The notes beneath the pieces were generated by a model, which was given only the letters and a program-made list of their open reading frames with translations, was not told where the DNA came from and made no database searches. The position numbers were made by a program, and so were the translations under genes. A DNA stretch of 64,000 nt from Candidatus Latescibacterota bacterium (GTDB taxonomy: Bacteria; Latescibacterota; UBA2968; GCA-2709665), in NCBI GenBank assembly GCA_965203805.1, contig OZ241917.1, forward strand, positions 1,824,001 to 1,888,000, written 5' to 3'. This document shows positions 17,612 through 27,617 of this stretch, piece by piece (the first letter of the stretch is position 1; every line of letters begins with the position of its first letter).

Positions 17612-19834
17612 TCAGGGAACGATGCTGAACGAAATGTCCTTCGATGTCCGTTCATCCGCCAACAGGTCCGTAACGGTCACCCTGACCAGCTGCCCGCCCT
17701 CCTGAGTTTCGGTAAGGTCCAGTTCGACGTAGGCCACTTCGTCAGGCCGGCTGCCTGTCTGATCGTAGGCGATGACGACTTCCTGGTCTTTTTCAGACAG
17801 CCGGAAGACCCTGCCCAGTCCGTGCAGCATTTTCGCCGGGAGCGCCCGTTTCCGTTGCGACCTAAGCGTATATTCCACCCGGTAGTGCGTCTGACCGAAA
17901 GCATCCTGCTTCAAGTTGTAGATTTCGAAGTAGACAAACGCGTTCTGGTGGCTCCGAAATGCCAGGGAAGACATGGGAACGACCTTAAGACCGTTTTTCA
18001 CATAATCTCCCGATGGCTCGTCGGTGGGCTCCGTTGCGAACGCCAGTTCGATATCGCTGATCAGCAGTCCGGATGGCCCGTGATAGTCCTCAAGGTTGAC
18101 CGCCTGCTGGTAAACCTGCGACTTTCCGGAAACGACGTCTCTTACCTGCAGCGCCATATGGTACGTCCCAGGCGGAAGATCCACCGGCATCACGCCAGGT
18201 ATGAACGCACCGTCCTCGACCTGCTGGTCTGTGGGGGCCTTGAAGGCCATCTGATCCACGTCCCGGTGGACTTCGTTCCACAAACTGTCGAAGACGGCCA
18301 CGCCCCGGTCGAGCAGAATCAGATCGGTTTTTTCGTCCACGTTCAATCGAACCACCTCGGATGCGGGCAACCCGTAATAGATCTCCAGCCGCGTCCTGGA
18401 CTCCGGTCCCTTGAAATCCGCCGGATAGTAGTAGAAATCGATCGGCAGATCGGCAAAGTCGGGCGCGTAGCGCGAGGGTCGCCCGGCCACCACATTCTGC
18501 ATGATCACCCCGCCCTGATAATCGGCCAGGTGGATCCCGATATGGGGCGCAATCTGGAGCGGCAACGGGGCGAAGTCGTATCGTCGGCCCTTGAATTCCT
18601 CCGCGAACGTGATTTCAATGCCGTCGTCTACCTGTGTATATATCCAATATTCCCATTTGGCGTTCGCTGAAACCGGAAAGATCGGCAGGCCGGGTGAAAT
18701 GGCCAGGGCAATACGGGACCGGTTTACGAAGTCCACGCGCGCTTCCTGTACCTCCCGGTTCCGTTCGGCCTGAATATCGTCCCATCTGCTGACATGGTCC
18801 GGATCTCCCAGACGGATGAACACCTCGCCCCGTTTGTCCCAGCCGCCATTCGGCTTCGCATAGTGTTCCAGCGCGTAGGCCACCCGCCGATAGTGCTCCA
18901 GCAGGCGCTCGTTTTCGGGGGTGAGGGGCGTGGGGTCTCGCCGCTTCCAGAATCGCGCCGCGAGCGCGTCCTTTTCTTCGTGAGACGCCGCCTCGTAACG
19001 CGCGAGATCATCGTCGGCCGCCACCAGGGAGATGTCCTGAAACCTGCGCCGGTCGGCTTCGGGAAGAAATGAGAAATAGGCATCGAACAGGGCGCTCGCC
19101 CGTTCGAAGTCCCGGTTCAACAGGCAGATGACGGCAAGATCGCGATTGGCCGGAATTCGGGCCTCGCCGCCGGTTTTCAACACCCTGCTAAGGGCGTTGA
19201 CTGCGGCCTTGGTATCACCCAGCGAGAGCCACAGACGGGCAAGCCGGATGACCGCCCGGGGATGTGCCGGATTTACCTCCATCTCCCTCTGGTAGGCCGA
19301 GATCGCCTCGTGTCTCTTCCCGTCGTCCTCCAGAAGCAGTCCCACCTGAAAATGCGCGTCCGGATATCCGGCGTCGATTTCAATCACTTTCTCAAACGCT
19401 TCCCTCGCCCGGCGCCGCCGGGTTTCCAGGTAGACACTCGCCAGGTTGTACTGCGCCTCGGCCATTTCCGGATCGGCATTCAGGGCCCTCCTGAAATACG
19501 TCTCAGCACGCCTGAATCCCTGCTTCGAAGCCATGTACGCCAATCCCAGCCCGTTGTACCCGGCTGCCTTCGCGCCCTTCTCTACCGCCTTTCTGAACGC
19601 CTTTTTGGCAGCCTTCGGATTGCCGGCATCCAGGTAGGCCTGACCGAGCAGGAGATGATCCCCGGCCGTCGCCGCTCCCGCGTCGATCACCCGCTTCAGG
19701 GCGGCAATGTCCCGTTCCGGCCGGCCCCGGTCAACGCCTTCAGCCGGCGCGGACCGATTCGAATCCACCGGCGTCGCTGTCGCCGCCCATGCGGACGCGA
19801 CAATCGAAACATACAGGACGATCATCCATGCCAT
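17612..19834 (-). CDS. Exported TPR + GWxTD-domain protein
   Basis: Signal peptide, TPRs, FW..RDPTP.T..NE.L.EHY.R, WDKRGEVFIRLG.PD and beta-rich C-terminus. Confidence 0.85.
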   Translation of the reverse strand: MAWMIVLYVSIVASAWAATATPVDSNRSAPAEGVDRGRPERDIAALKRVIDAGAATAGDHLLLGQAYLDAGNPKAAKKAFRKAVEKGAKAAGYNGLGLAYMASKQGFRRAETYFRRALNADPEMAEAQYNLASVYLETRRRRAREAFEKVIEIDAGYPDAHFQVGLLLEDDGKRHEAISAYQREMEVNPAHPRAVIRLARLWLSLGDTKAAVNALSRVLKTGGEARIPANRDLAVICLLNRDFERASALFDAYFSFLPEADRRRFQDISLVAADDDLARYEAASHEEKDALAARFWKRRDPTPLTPENERLLEHYRRVAYALEHYAKPNGGWDKRGEVFIRLGDPDHVSRWDDIQAERNREVQEARVDFVNRSRIALAISPGLPIFPVSANAKWEYWIYTQVDDGIEITFAEEFKGRRYDFAPLPLQIAPHIGIHLADYQGGVIMQNVVAGRPSRYAPDFADLPIDFYYYPADFKGPESRTRLEIYYGLPASEVVRLNVDEKTDLILLDRGVAVFDSLWNEVHRDVDQMAFKAPTDQQVEDGAFIPGVMPVDLPPGTYHMALQVRDVVSGKSQVYQQAVNLEDYHGPSGLLISDIELAFATEPTDEPSGDYVKNGLKVVPMSSLAFRSHQNAFVYFEIYNLKQDAFGQTHYRVEYTLRSQRKRALPAKMLHGLGRVFRLSEKDQEVVIAYDQTGSRPDEVAYVELDLTETQEGGQLVRVTVTDLLADERTSKDISFSIVP

Positions 19835-20029
19835 GGTCAATCTTTCCGGGAAGGTTCGCACTACCGGGTCACTCAGAAAATCTATCGAATATACTCCCTG
19901 CGCGCAAAGGATTTCTAGGCTTGCCGCACGAGCCGGGTCCCCGAGACCGGTAATCGGGACGCTTCGGCATTGACAACGCACGGGGGCAGGTTTATCTTTC
20001 CGACGGGTCATTCCTGAGAAGGATCCACT

Positions 20030-20944
20030 ATGCCCATCCGAAAAGTCGTCATCCCGGTCGCCGGTCTCGGTACCCGTCTATTGCCCACGACGAGAGCCCT
20101 GCCGAAAGAGATGCTGCCCGTTGGCAAATACCCGGCCATACAGCATGTCGTCGAGGAGATGGCGGCCGCCAATCTGACGAAGTGTCTCTTCATTACCTCT
20201 CACAGCAAGACGATTATCGAAAACCAGTTCGACAACAACATCGACATCTCCTCGCAGCCGGAACAGAACCACAATTCGATCGACCCTGGGCAATTCGACT
20301 ACAGCCGGCGGGGTATCGAGTTTTTCTATACCCGGCAGCAGACGCTCCCTCCCACGGTCAGACCTCGCGGCACCGGCGCGGCGATACTCGCTGCCGAGAG
20401 TTTCGTTGAAAGCGAGCATTTCGCGGTCGCCTACGGCGATACGATCATCAATACGAGACATACGCCGAATTTTCTGGCACGGATGATCGAATCTCATCTC
20501 AGACACGGTTCCGCGTGTACCGTGGGCGTCCGTCCCGTTTCGTCCGATATGGTCGGGCATTACGGTATTGTCAAGCCCGACCCGGCAGACGATCTGAACG
20601 CCGACAGCTTTTCCATCCGAGACCTCGTGGAAAAACCCGACGTGGACGAAGCGCCAAGCCTTATGGCCGTAAGCGCCCGATATGTCTTCAGCCCCGACAT
20701 TTTCGATGAAATCCGCGGACTAACCGGGGCCTCCGGCGGCGAACTCGGTGTTACGGATGCCATTCGCGGCCTGATCAGGCGGGGCAGGTCGGTCAGATGC
20801 GTGCGTCTGTTGCCGGACGAAACGAGGTACGACATCGGAAGCCACGAAAGTTACTACCGGGCGTTCATCGACTTCGCCCTTCAGGACCCCCAATGCGGAG
20901 ACAAGATTCGGCAGTATCTCGAAACCTGCATGAAGCACACGTGA
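20030..20944 (+). CDS. galU: UTP-glucose-1-phosphate uridylyltransferase family
   Basis: KVVIPVAGLGTRLLP.T...PKEMLP, VEKP and RYDIGS. Confidence 0.85.
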   Translation: MPIRKVVIPVAGLGTRLLPTTRALPKEMLPVGKYPAIQHVVEEMAAANLTKCLFITSHSKTIIENQFDNNIDISSQPEQNHNSIDPGQFDYSRRGIEFFYTRQQTLPPTVRPRGTGAAILAAESFVESEHFAVAYGDTIINTRHTPNFLARMIESHLRHGSACTVGVRPVSSDMVGHYGIVKPDPADDLNADSFSIRDLVEKPDVDEAPSLMAVSARYVFSPDIFDEIRGLTGASGGELGVTDAIRGLIRRGRSVRCVRLLPDETRYDIGSHESYYRAFIDFALQDPQCGDKIRQYLETCMKHT

Positions 20945-20993
20945 AAAACGCACTGATCCGGCACCGAGCGTGCAATGAATGGTACCGGCCCGT

Positions 20994-21034
20994 AAAAAAG
21001 AAGCCCTTCGGAGCTCAGAGATCCAAAGGGTTTT
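20994..21034. terminator. Probable bidirectional terminator
   Basis: A-run, aagcccttcgga/tccaaagggtt stem, T-run; lies between convergent genes. Confidence 0.6.
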
Positions 21035-21323
21035 GTCAAACGCAATAATGGATGGATTCGTCGAATGGAAACGGGTGTCACGCCTGCCGAGTTGTCAGCC
21101 AACCAACCCTTAGACCACTCCGAAAAGCCAACATCCGCACTGACGAGATCCAGAGTCGTGTTACGCTATTGTAAATCCTCGTTGATCAGGCAGTTGGGAA
21201 TTACCTATGCCGGCCCCACGACCCGAACACCGCTCACCGACAGATCGAGGGTACCCCTGCATCGACGAAGGCACGGGTTCCCACTTCTCTCTCCGCGCGT
21301 CCTCCTCTCCCCGTAATGCCCGT

Positions 21324-21779
21324 TCAACCCCTGTCGTTATCGTCGGTTACGAGTTTCTCGCCGTCGAATATCAACTTGCCCTTTTCGTAGATGCAGCCGG
21401 TCTCCTCCACCAGTTCGTACTTCATCAACTGTCCGTGCGACATGTGGTTGAACACCTCTTTCGGGTCGTTGTATTTCTCGATCAGCTTTTCGATTGGACC
21501 CTCGAACTGGATCGCCCTTCGTACCGGTCGTTCTCTTTCTCGACGTTCCCGCTCTTCCCTGGTGAGGATGGGCAGGCGCTCGGCCGCCGGGCCGAGCCGG
21601 CTGGTATACTCCTGCCGTTGGCGAAACCGGTCGTGCCGCTTCTCGAGTTCCGACTTATCCCCCGCGTTGTCGTAATATTCCGAAACCTCGTCGGCCTTCT
21701 CCCTGAACCGCTTCTGTTCCTGATCTTTCAGTTCGTCGTTTCCCATTTTCCGCATAATATCCTTAACCGACTTGCTCAT
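21324..21779 (-). CDS. Hypothetical highly charged protein (151 aa)
   Basis: GGAGG RBS, own promoter and coding-like composition; no recognised family. Confidence 0.8.
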   Translation of the reverse strand: MSKSVKDIMRKMGNDELKDQEQKRFREKADEVSEYYDNAGDKSELEKRHDRFRQRQEYTSRLGPAAERLPILTREERERRERERPVRRAIQFEGPIEKLIEKYNDPKEVFNHMSHGQLMKYELVEETGCIYEKGKLIFDGEKLVTDDNDRG

Positions 21780-21869
21780 TCAGACGCCTCCAGATCGTTG
21801 GGATGCCCGATCCCGCAAACGCGTTAGTTGCGGCGCGACAGGTCGTTGCAATGCAAATCCACAACAAAA

Positions 21870-21898
21870 AACATACATCGCCACCAGGTTTTTGTCAA
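21870..21898 (-). promoter_or_regulatory. Putative sigma70 promoter of the 151-aa gene
   Basis: TTGACA-17 nt-TATGTT. Confidence 0.6.
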
Positions 21899-21941
21899 CG
21901 GCAAAATTGGCGATGCGACCCGTCCGCAACCCCGAAAGACG

Positions 21942-21970
21942 TTGACTCCCGCCTGCTCCCGGCGTAGTTT
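21942..21970 (+). promoter_or_regulatory. Putative sigma70 promoter of mazG
   Basis: TTGACT-17 nt-TAGTTT, divergent from the promoter at 21898. Confidence 0.5.
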
Positions 21971-22076
21971 GTCGTTGTGAGCCGACCCATCCCGACGCCG
22001 CGGGCCGATTTGACCGGATTCGCGAACTCCGGCTTCCCGCGCGCCGCCCCTCCTCCGCCTCTTCGAGGACGCCAGG

Positions 22077-22883
22077 ATGTCCGAAATCGATCGCCTCGTC
22101 GATATTATGGCCCGGCTACGCGGCCCGGACGGATGCCCCTGGGACCGTGAGCAGACGCACCAGAGCCTGAAGCCCTACTTGATCGAAGAGGCCTACGAAG
22201 CCCTGGACGCCATCGACCGGGAAGACGACGAAAGCCTGCGGGACGAACTTGGCGACGTCCTCCTACAAATCGTCTTCCACGCGCAACTGGCGCGGGAGAA
22301 CGCCAGGTTCACGCTGGACGACGTGGCGGCGGCCACGAATGAAAAGCTCATTCGCAGACACCCGCACGTATTCGGGAACGCCACGGCGAACACACCGGGA
22401 CAGGTCGTTGAAAACTGGGAAGCCATCAAATCGAGGGAAAAGCGTGGAAAGGGGCTGAATCCTTCCATCCTGGGCGGCATACCCCGGCAACTTCCTGCAC
22501 TGCTCAGAGCACGGCGCGTCCAGGAGCGGGCGGCCCGCTCCGGCTTCGACTGGACAGATACCGAGGAGGTCGTCGACAAAGTGCGCGAGGAAGTGGACGA
22601 ATTCCTCGAAGCGTGGCGCGGCGCCGACCGGCAGGGCGTGGAAGAAGAGATCGGCGACCTGCTTTTCTCTCTGGTCAACCTCGCCAGGTTTCTGAAGGTC
22701 TGTCCCGAAGACGCGCTTCGGAAGACGATCGGAAAATTCGAAAGTCGTTTTCGTTATATAGAACGAGAACTCGGAAAACAGGGCAAGGACCCGCAGAACG
22801 CCAGTCTGGAAGAAATGGACGGGCTTTGGGAAGCATCCAAGAAGACTGCGTCGAACCAAACCGCGGCCAATCCGGATTCCTGA
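22077..22883 (+). CDS. mazG: Nucleoside triphosphate pyrophosphohydrolase MazG
   Basis: GCPWDREQT, EEAYE, ELGDVLLQ, KLIRRHPHVF and EEEIGDLLF. Confidence 0.96.
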   Translation: MSEIDRLVDIMARLRGPDGCPWDREQTHQSLKPYLIEEAYEALDAIDREDDESLRDELGDVLLQIVFHAQLARENARFTLDDVAAATNEKLIRRHPHVFGNATANTPGQVVENWEAIKSREKRGKGLNPSILGGIPRQLPALLRARRVQERAARSGFDWTDTEEVVDKVREEVDEFLEAWRGADRQGVEEEIGDLLFSLVNLARFLKVCPEDALRKTIGKFESRFRYIERELGKQGKDPQNASLEEMDGLWEASKKTASNQTAANPDS

Positions 22884-22909
22884 ACCATACTTACGGATTC
22901 CGACCGATC

Positions 22910-23881
22910 TCAACCCGCAGCCACGCGTTCATACACCTGCACCGCGGCCATCAGATCCTGAATCGCCATTCCCGTGAAATAGGCAATCGCACCCCGGCCG
23001 CGCCGGTGTTCCAGGCGGCCCAGCGCCGCGTCTCCAATCGTCCGGGGGCGGCCCGCACCGTCCGCGGCGAACCGGTCCCCACCCAATCCGGCCAGCAGGA
23101 AGTCTCCCGATTTCAGAACCTGCTCCGGGTGATCCGCAACCACCTCCCGGCTGCGCAACAGCCCGGCGTCCAGTTGAGCCGTCCTCGGATCGCCCGCAAT
23201 GACGGACAGATGTACCCTGTCTGCAACGTCGTTCCGTCCCAGAATCGGCCGGGGCGTCGGAACCGCCGTGAGAATGGCGTCCGCGCCGCTCAGGCAGTCG
23301 CTGATCCCGTTCGCGGCCCGCACCGTTGCATTCACCCCGGGTTGCAGGGAGGCGACAAACGCCTCGACGTTGGCGGGACTTCTGCTGGTCGCCCTGATCT
23401 CCCGCGGCCCAAGGGCGGCGTCGGCGCACAGGGCAAGCGCCCGGGCAATGCGTCCGGTGCCTACAATCGCCAGCACCTCCGCGCTGGCGGCAAGATAGCG
23501 GACGCCCAGCGCGCCCGCGGCGCCCGTCCGCATATTGGTCAGATATTCCGCATCCAGTACGGCGCCCCGGCCCGTCGCGGCTTCTTCCAGTTCGATCACG
23601 GCGGTGCGCCCCGCAAGCCTCCCTGAAGACACGTCCGACCGCTCCACAATCACCTTCCTCGCGCGGTACCGACCCGGCCACTCCGCGGGCATCTCCAGGC
23701 GAAACAGATCCGCGCCTTCCGTCCTTCGCACGTCTTCCTGGCGCGGCGGATTCAGCACCTCCCCCGACCCGTAGAGACGAAACGCCCGGTCACAGCTCTC
23801 GACAACCTCCTCAACGGACAGAATACCTGCTATTTCGGCATCTGAAATCTTCAATTTTTCTTCCAAGGGTCCGCCCTCCAT
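22910..23881 (-). CDS. Ornithine cyclodeaminase / mu-crystallin family protein
   Basis: LTNMRTGAAGA, Rossmann GTGRIA and TGMAIQDL. Confidence 0.85.
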   Translation of the reverse strand: MEGGPLEEKLKISDAEIAGILSVEEVVESCDRAFRLYGSGEVLNPPRQEDVRRTEGADLFRLEMPAEWPGRYRARKVIVERSDVSSGRLAGRTAVIELEEAATGRGAVLDAEYLTNMRTGAAGALGVRYLAASAEVLAIVGTGRIARALALCADAALGPREIRATSRSPANVEAFVASLQPGVNATVRAANGISDCLSGADAILTAVPTPRPILGRNDVADRVHLSVIAGDPRTAQLDAGLLRSREVVADHPEQVLKSGDFLLAGLGGDRFAADGAGRPRTIGDAALGRLEHRRGRGAIAYFTGMAIQDLMAAVQVYERVAAG

Positions 23882-24083
23882 TGTGTGTGCCGGTATAGAG
23901 AACCCGTGCCCATTAACCTACGAGACCGGCGGCCCTTATTGAAGCGAAAAAGCGGCGCGACTCCGCGAGAACCCAATCCGCTGCGGGCGCGGAAATTCGA
24001 CTTGACGGGCTCTGGCTCACGTACAATATTGAAGGCCCGTTTCCAGGACATTCGACCCTAAAGGACCCGAAGCGAGGCATCTC

Positions 24084-25250
24084 ATGAAAATCACGGACGT
24101 CGAAACCTTCATTGCCGGCAACCCCTGGAAGAACTGGCTCTTTACCCGAGTACACACGGACGAGGGTGTTTACGGCGTCGGCGAGGGCACCGTCAACTTC
24201 ATGGCCCGGACCGTCGAATCCGCCATTCACGAACTCAGACCGCAGTGGGAGGGTCAGGATCCGTTCCAGCCCGAACGCATTCTCCAGCGGATGTTCCGGG
24301 ACGTGTACACCGACGGCGGCCAGATCCATAAACACGCGGCCGCGGCCATCGAAGTCGCATGCTGGGACATTATGGGCAAGTGCATGGACAAACCCGTCTA
24401 TCAGCTGCTGGGGGGTCAGATGCGCGACAGGATCCGGGCGTACGCGAACGGCTGGTATCGCGGCCCACGGACGCCGGAGAACTTTCACGAGAAGGCGCTG
24501 GACGTGGTTCGCCGAGGGTATACGGCCCTTAAGTTCGACCCGTTCGGGTCCGCCTACCAGATTACCGATCTGGATGACGAGGCGCTGGCCGTCGACATCA
24601 TCGCGGCGGTGCGCGACGCCGTGGGACCCGGCGTGGACGTTCTCGTGGAAGGGCATTGCCGTTTCAGCACGTCCACCGCCCTCAAATTCGCCCGCAAGAT
24701 GGAGCCGTACAATCCCACCTGGTTTGAGGAACCGACGCCTCACCACAAGATCGACGCCCTGACGCAGGTTGCGAGAGAATCGCCGGTACCCATCGCCACG
24801 GGAGAAAGCCTGCATACGAAATACCAGTTCGCCGAACTGCTGAAACACGACGTCATACACATCCTGCAGCCGGAGCCCCTGGCCTGCGGCGGTCTGTGGT
24901 CAACCCGCATGATATGCGATATGGTCGACGCGCATTACGGCGTGGTTGCGCCGCACGACGCGCAGGGCCCGGTCTGTACCGCCATCTGCCTCCAACTGGC
25001 GGCCTGTACCCCCAATCACTTCATACAGGAAACGTTCGACGAATTCAACGTGGCGTGGGAACGCGACCTGGTCACGGGCGAAAGCTATGACGTCGTCGAC
25101 GGCTGGTTCAGCGTGCCAACCGCACCCGGCCTGGGCATCGATCTCAACGTCGACGAGATTCGCAAACATCCCTATTCCGTGAACAACCACCTGCCGCTCT
25201 TCAGGGACGGCTGGGAACGCCGTGTTTCCCAGGAGGAAGTGACGTCATGA
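24084..25250 (+). CDS. Mandelate racemase/enolase superfamily acid-sugar dehydratase (DgoD-like)
   Basis: HTDEG..G.GE, WDI.GK...PVYQLLGG, KFDPFG, EGH, WFEEP, ATGE and PGLG. Confidence 0.9.
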   Translation: MKITDVETFIAGNPWKNWLFTRVHTDEGVYGVGEGTVNFMARTVESAIHELRPQWEGQDPFQPERILQRMFRDVYTDGGQIHKHAAAAIEVACWDIMGKCMDKPVYQLLGGQMRDRIRAYANGWYRGPRTPENFHEKALDVVRRGYTALKFDPFGSAYQITDLDDEALAVDIIAAVRDAVGPGVDVLVEGHCRFSTSTALKFARKMEPYNPTWFEEPTPHHKIDALTQVARESPVPIATGESLHTKYQFAELLKHDVIHILQPEPLACGGLWSTRMICDMVDAHYGVVAPHDAQGPVCTAICLQLAACTPNHFIQETFDEFNVAWERDLVTGESYDVVDGWFSVPTAPGLGIDLNVDEIRKHPYSVNNHLPLFRDGWERRVSQEEVTS

Positions 25251-26617
25251 ACGTCGTCTTCATCGTACTCGACAGCTTCCGTCAGGATCATGTAAGCCTG
25301 TACCATCGCGGCGTTGCGCCTTTTTCGGGCGTCGACGCCTGCAAGACGCCCAATATAGACGAATTCGCGCGGGAATCGGTGGTGTTCGATAACGCGTATC
25401 CGGAAGCCCTGCCCACCATTCCGATCCGCTGCCAGTTGATGACGGGGCAGCGCACGCTGCACAACCGCGGCTGGCAACCACTCACCGCGGAAGACGTGCA
25501 CGTCGCCCAGATACTCTCCGGGGAGGACTACGTCTGCGGCCTCGTCACGGATACGTACCACTATCGCGCGCCCGGTATGAATTACCACCGGAACTTCGCC
25601 TCGTACGACTGGATCCGGGGCCAGGAATACGATCCCTGGATCTCGGCGCCGACCCGGCGCGATATCGAGGACTACGTCAACGCAAACTACCCCGATACCT
25701 GGCGCCGGCGCATCTCACAGTTCCTGGCCAATACCGACGGCTTCCACTCGGCCGAAGACGAATTTGCCTGGAAAGTGGTTGACAGCGCCGTCGACTGGCT
25801 CGACGCCAACCGATCGCACGGGAACGTGATGCTCTGGGTGGATTCCTTCGACCCCCACGAACCCTGGAATCCGGTGCCGGAATTCGACACCTACACAGAT
25901 CCCGCCTATCGGGGGCCCCGGCTCATTATGCCGATGGGCGGACCATCCGAAGACTGGGCATCATCCGACGAGATCTCCCAGATACAGGGTCTCTACGCGG
26001 GGGAATGCGCCTTTGTGGACCACTGCCTCGGGCGGCTCTTCGAGGCCCTGAGAAACCTGGGATATTACGACGACAGCGTCATTTTCCTGCTGGCCGACCA
26101 CGGACATCCCCTGAACGACCACGGGAAATTCCTGAAGGGCGCGGACCGGATGTACAACGAATTGCTCAAGGTCCCGTTCATGGTAAGATTGCCGGGAGGG
26201 AGACACGGAGGTCGGCGGACGTCCGCGATCGTACAGTACCAGGACGTGCTGCCCACCCTCCTCGACGCGCTCGGCCTGCCCGGCAACACCGACGCGATGG
26301 CGGGCCGCAGCTTCATGCCCGTGCTCACCGGAGATGCGGATGAACACCGGCGGGCGATGATCACCGGCTATCACAGCGGCATCGACCGTTGCACCCGCGA
26401 CGACACCTGGAGCTATATCCAGCGCCCTGCGGGCGAACCCGACGAACTGTACCATCTTCCGGACGACCCGAAGGAAGAAGACAACCTTATCGACGATCAT
26501 CCCAACGAGGCTCTGCGCCTGGCGGGCGCGTTCGGAAAGGCGTTCAAGCGCACGTCCTCGAACGTGGTCAAAGGGGTACAGGGGGAATATGAAATGGCCT
26601 CGTCGAGCATCGAATGA
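25247..26617 (+). CDS. Sulfatase-like AlkP-superfamily hydrolase (TxPxR motif)
   Basis: LDSFRQD, TPNID, PTIPIR..LMTG, FDPHEPW and ADHG. Confidence 0.9.
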   Translation: MNVVFIVLDSFRQDHVSLYHRGVAPFSGVDACKTPNIDEFARESVVFDNAYPEALPTIPIRCQLMTGQRTLHNRGWQPLTAEDVHVAQILSGEDYVCGLVTDTYHYRAPGMNYHRNFASYDWIRGQEYDPWISAPTRRDIEDYVNANYPDTWRRRISQFLANTDGFHSAEDEFAWKVVDSAVDWLDANRSHGNVMLWVDSFDPHEPWNPVPEFDTYTDPAYRGPRLIMPMGGPSEDWASSDEISQIQGLYAGECAFVDHCLGRLFEALRNLGYYDDSVIFLLADHGHPLNDHGKFLKGADRMYNELLKVPFMVRLPGGRHGGRRTSAIVQYQDVLPTLLDALGLPGNTDAMAGRSFMPVLTGDADEHRRAMITGYHSGIDRCTRDDTWSYIQRPAGEPDELYHLPDDPKEEDNLIDDHPNEALRLAGAFGKAFKRTSSNVVKGVQGEYEMASSSIE

Positions 26618-26732
26618 AGCGACATCACGGCGTCCATGCCCGAGCCGGTGACCTGAAGTCGCCACAGTGTCTGCAAAGTTACCGCGCCCGTGGTCACCGG
26701 TCGAATTTATCACGCCATAAAAAGGAGACCCT

Positions 26733-27473
26733 GTGGAAAATCCCGTGAAAGCGAAACTCATGAGGGGCGAGTTGTCCCTCGGCGGTTGGCTGAACCTGGG
26801 TTCCCCGCTGGCCGCGGAACTCATGGCCGCCGCCGGTTACGAGTGGCTGGCCATAGACGCGGAACACTCGCCGTTTGACATCCCCCTGATCGCGGATACG
26901 TTCCGGGCCGTCGAAGCCCGGGGCGCCGTGCCCTTCGTCCGCGCCTGGGACCACGATCCCGTATCCCTTGCCCGCATCCTGGACGCCGGCGCCTACGGCA
27001 TCATCGTGCCCCACGTCAGCACGCCCCGCCAGGCGGAAGCACTGGTGCAGGCCATGCGCTATCCGCCGGAGGGCGCCCGCTCCGCCGGTACGGGCAGGGT
27101 GGCCGTCTATGGCGACGAATATCGACGGAACGCCAACGATGCGGTGATGGTCGTACCCCAGATTGAAGATATGGAGGGCATCAACAACACGGAAGCAATT
27201 ATGTCCGTCGAGGGCATCGACGTGGGTTTCCTGGGTCCCGGCGACCTTGCCCTTTCCATGGGTGTGAACCGGGGCCACCCGGACCACGAGAAGGCCATCC
27301 AGACGTTCGTATCGGGATGCAGGGACGCCGGCAAACCCTACGGGATGCCCGAGCGCGACCTGGATATCGTCAGGAAACGCATACGGGAGGGGTTCACGTT
27401 CATGGACGTCGCCAGCGATCTGCGAACCCTCGAAGCCGGCGTGCACCAGGCGCTGGCCGAAATCAGGAGATGA
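26733..27473 (+). CDS. HpcH/HpaI (GarL/RhmA-like) class II pyruvate aldolase
   Basis: IDAEHSP, LDAGAYG, RYPP.G.R, QIE and GPGDL; AAGGAG upstream of GTG. Confidence 0.9.
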   Translation: MENPVKAKLMRGELSLGGWLNLGSPLAAELMAAAGYEWLAIDAEHSPFDIPLIADTFRAVEARGAVPFVRAWDHDPVSLARILDAGAYGIIVPHVSTPRQAEALVQAMRYPPEGARSAGTGRVAVYGDEYRRNANDAVMVVPQIEDMEGINNTEAIMSVEGIDVGFLGPGDLALSMGVNRGHPDHEKAIQTFVSGCRDAGKPYGMPERDLDIVRKRIREGFTFMDVASDLRTLEAGVHQALAEIRR

Positions 27474-27617
27474 CAGCTCCGGGGGCGGCGACCGATGGCG
27501 ATACTCCTGTCGGCCATATAAGGCTCGCCGTTCCAGTAACCCGGAACGGCGAGCCATCGCGCGTGACTATGAACACGCAGGATGGCCCTGTCAGCCTGCC
27601 ATCCAATACCCTGTACG

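Noticed and set aside
21066-21092. Resemblance to the 5' end of the RNA candidate at 52092 (ggaa.acgggtgt..cgcct.ccg)
   Set aside because: The match is short and gapped, and the pairing partners are absent, so it is probably chance.
21035-21134. Minus-strand micro-ORF with an in-frame TGA (MLAFRSGLRVGWLTTRQA*HPFPFDESIHYCV*) as a selenopeptide
   Set aside because: No RBS, no redox-motif context and no convincing SECIS hairpin after the TGA.
24002-24027. TTGACG...TACAAT promoter upstream of the dehydratase
   Set aside because: The spacer is only 14 nt, so it was not called.
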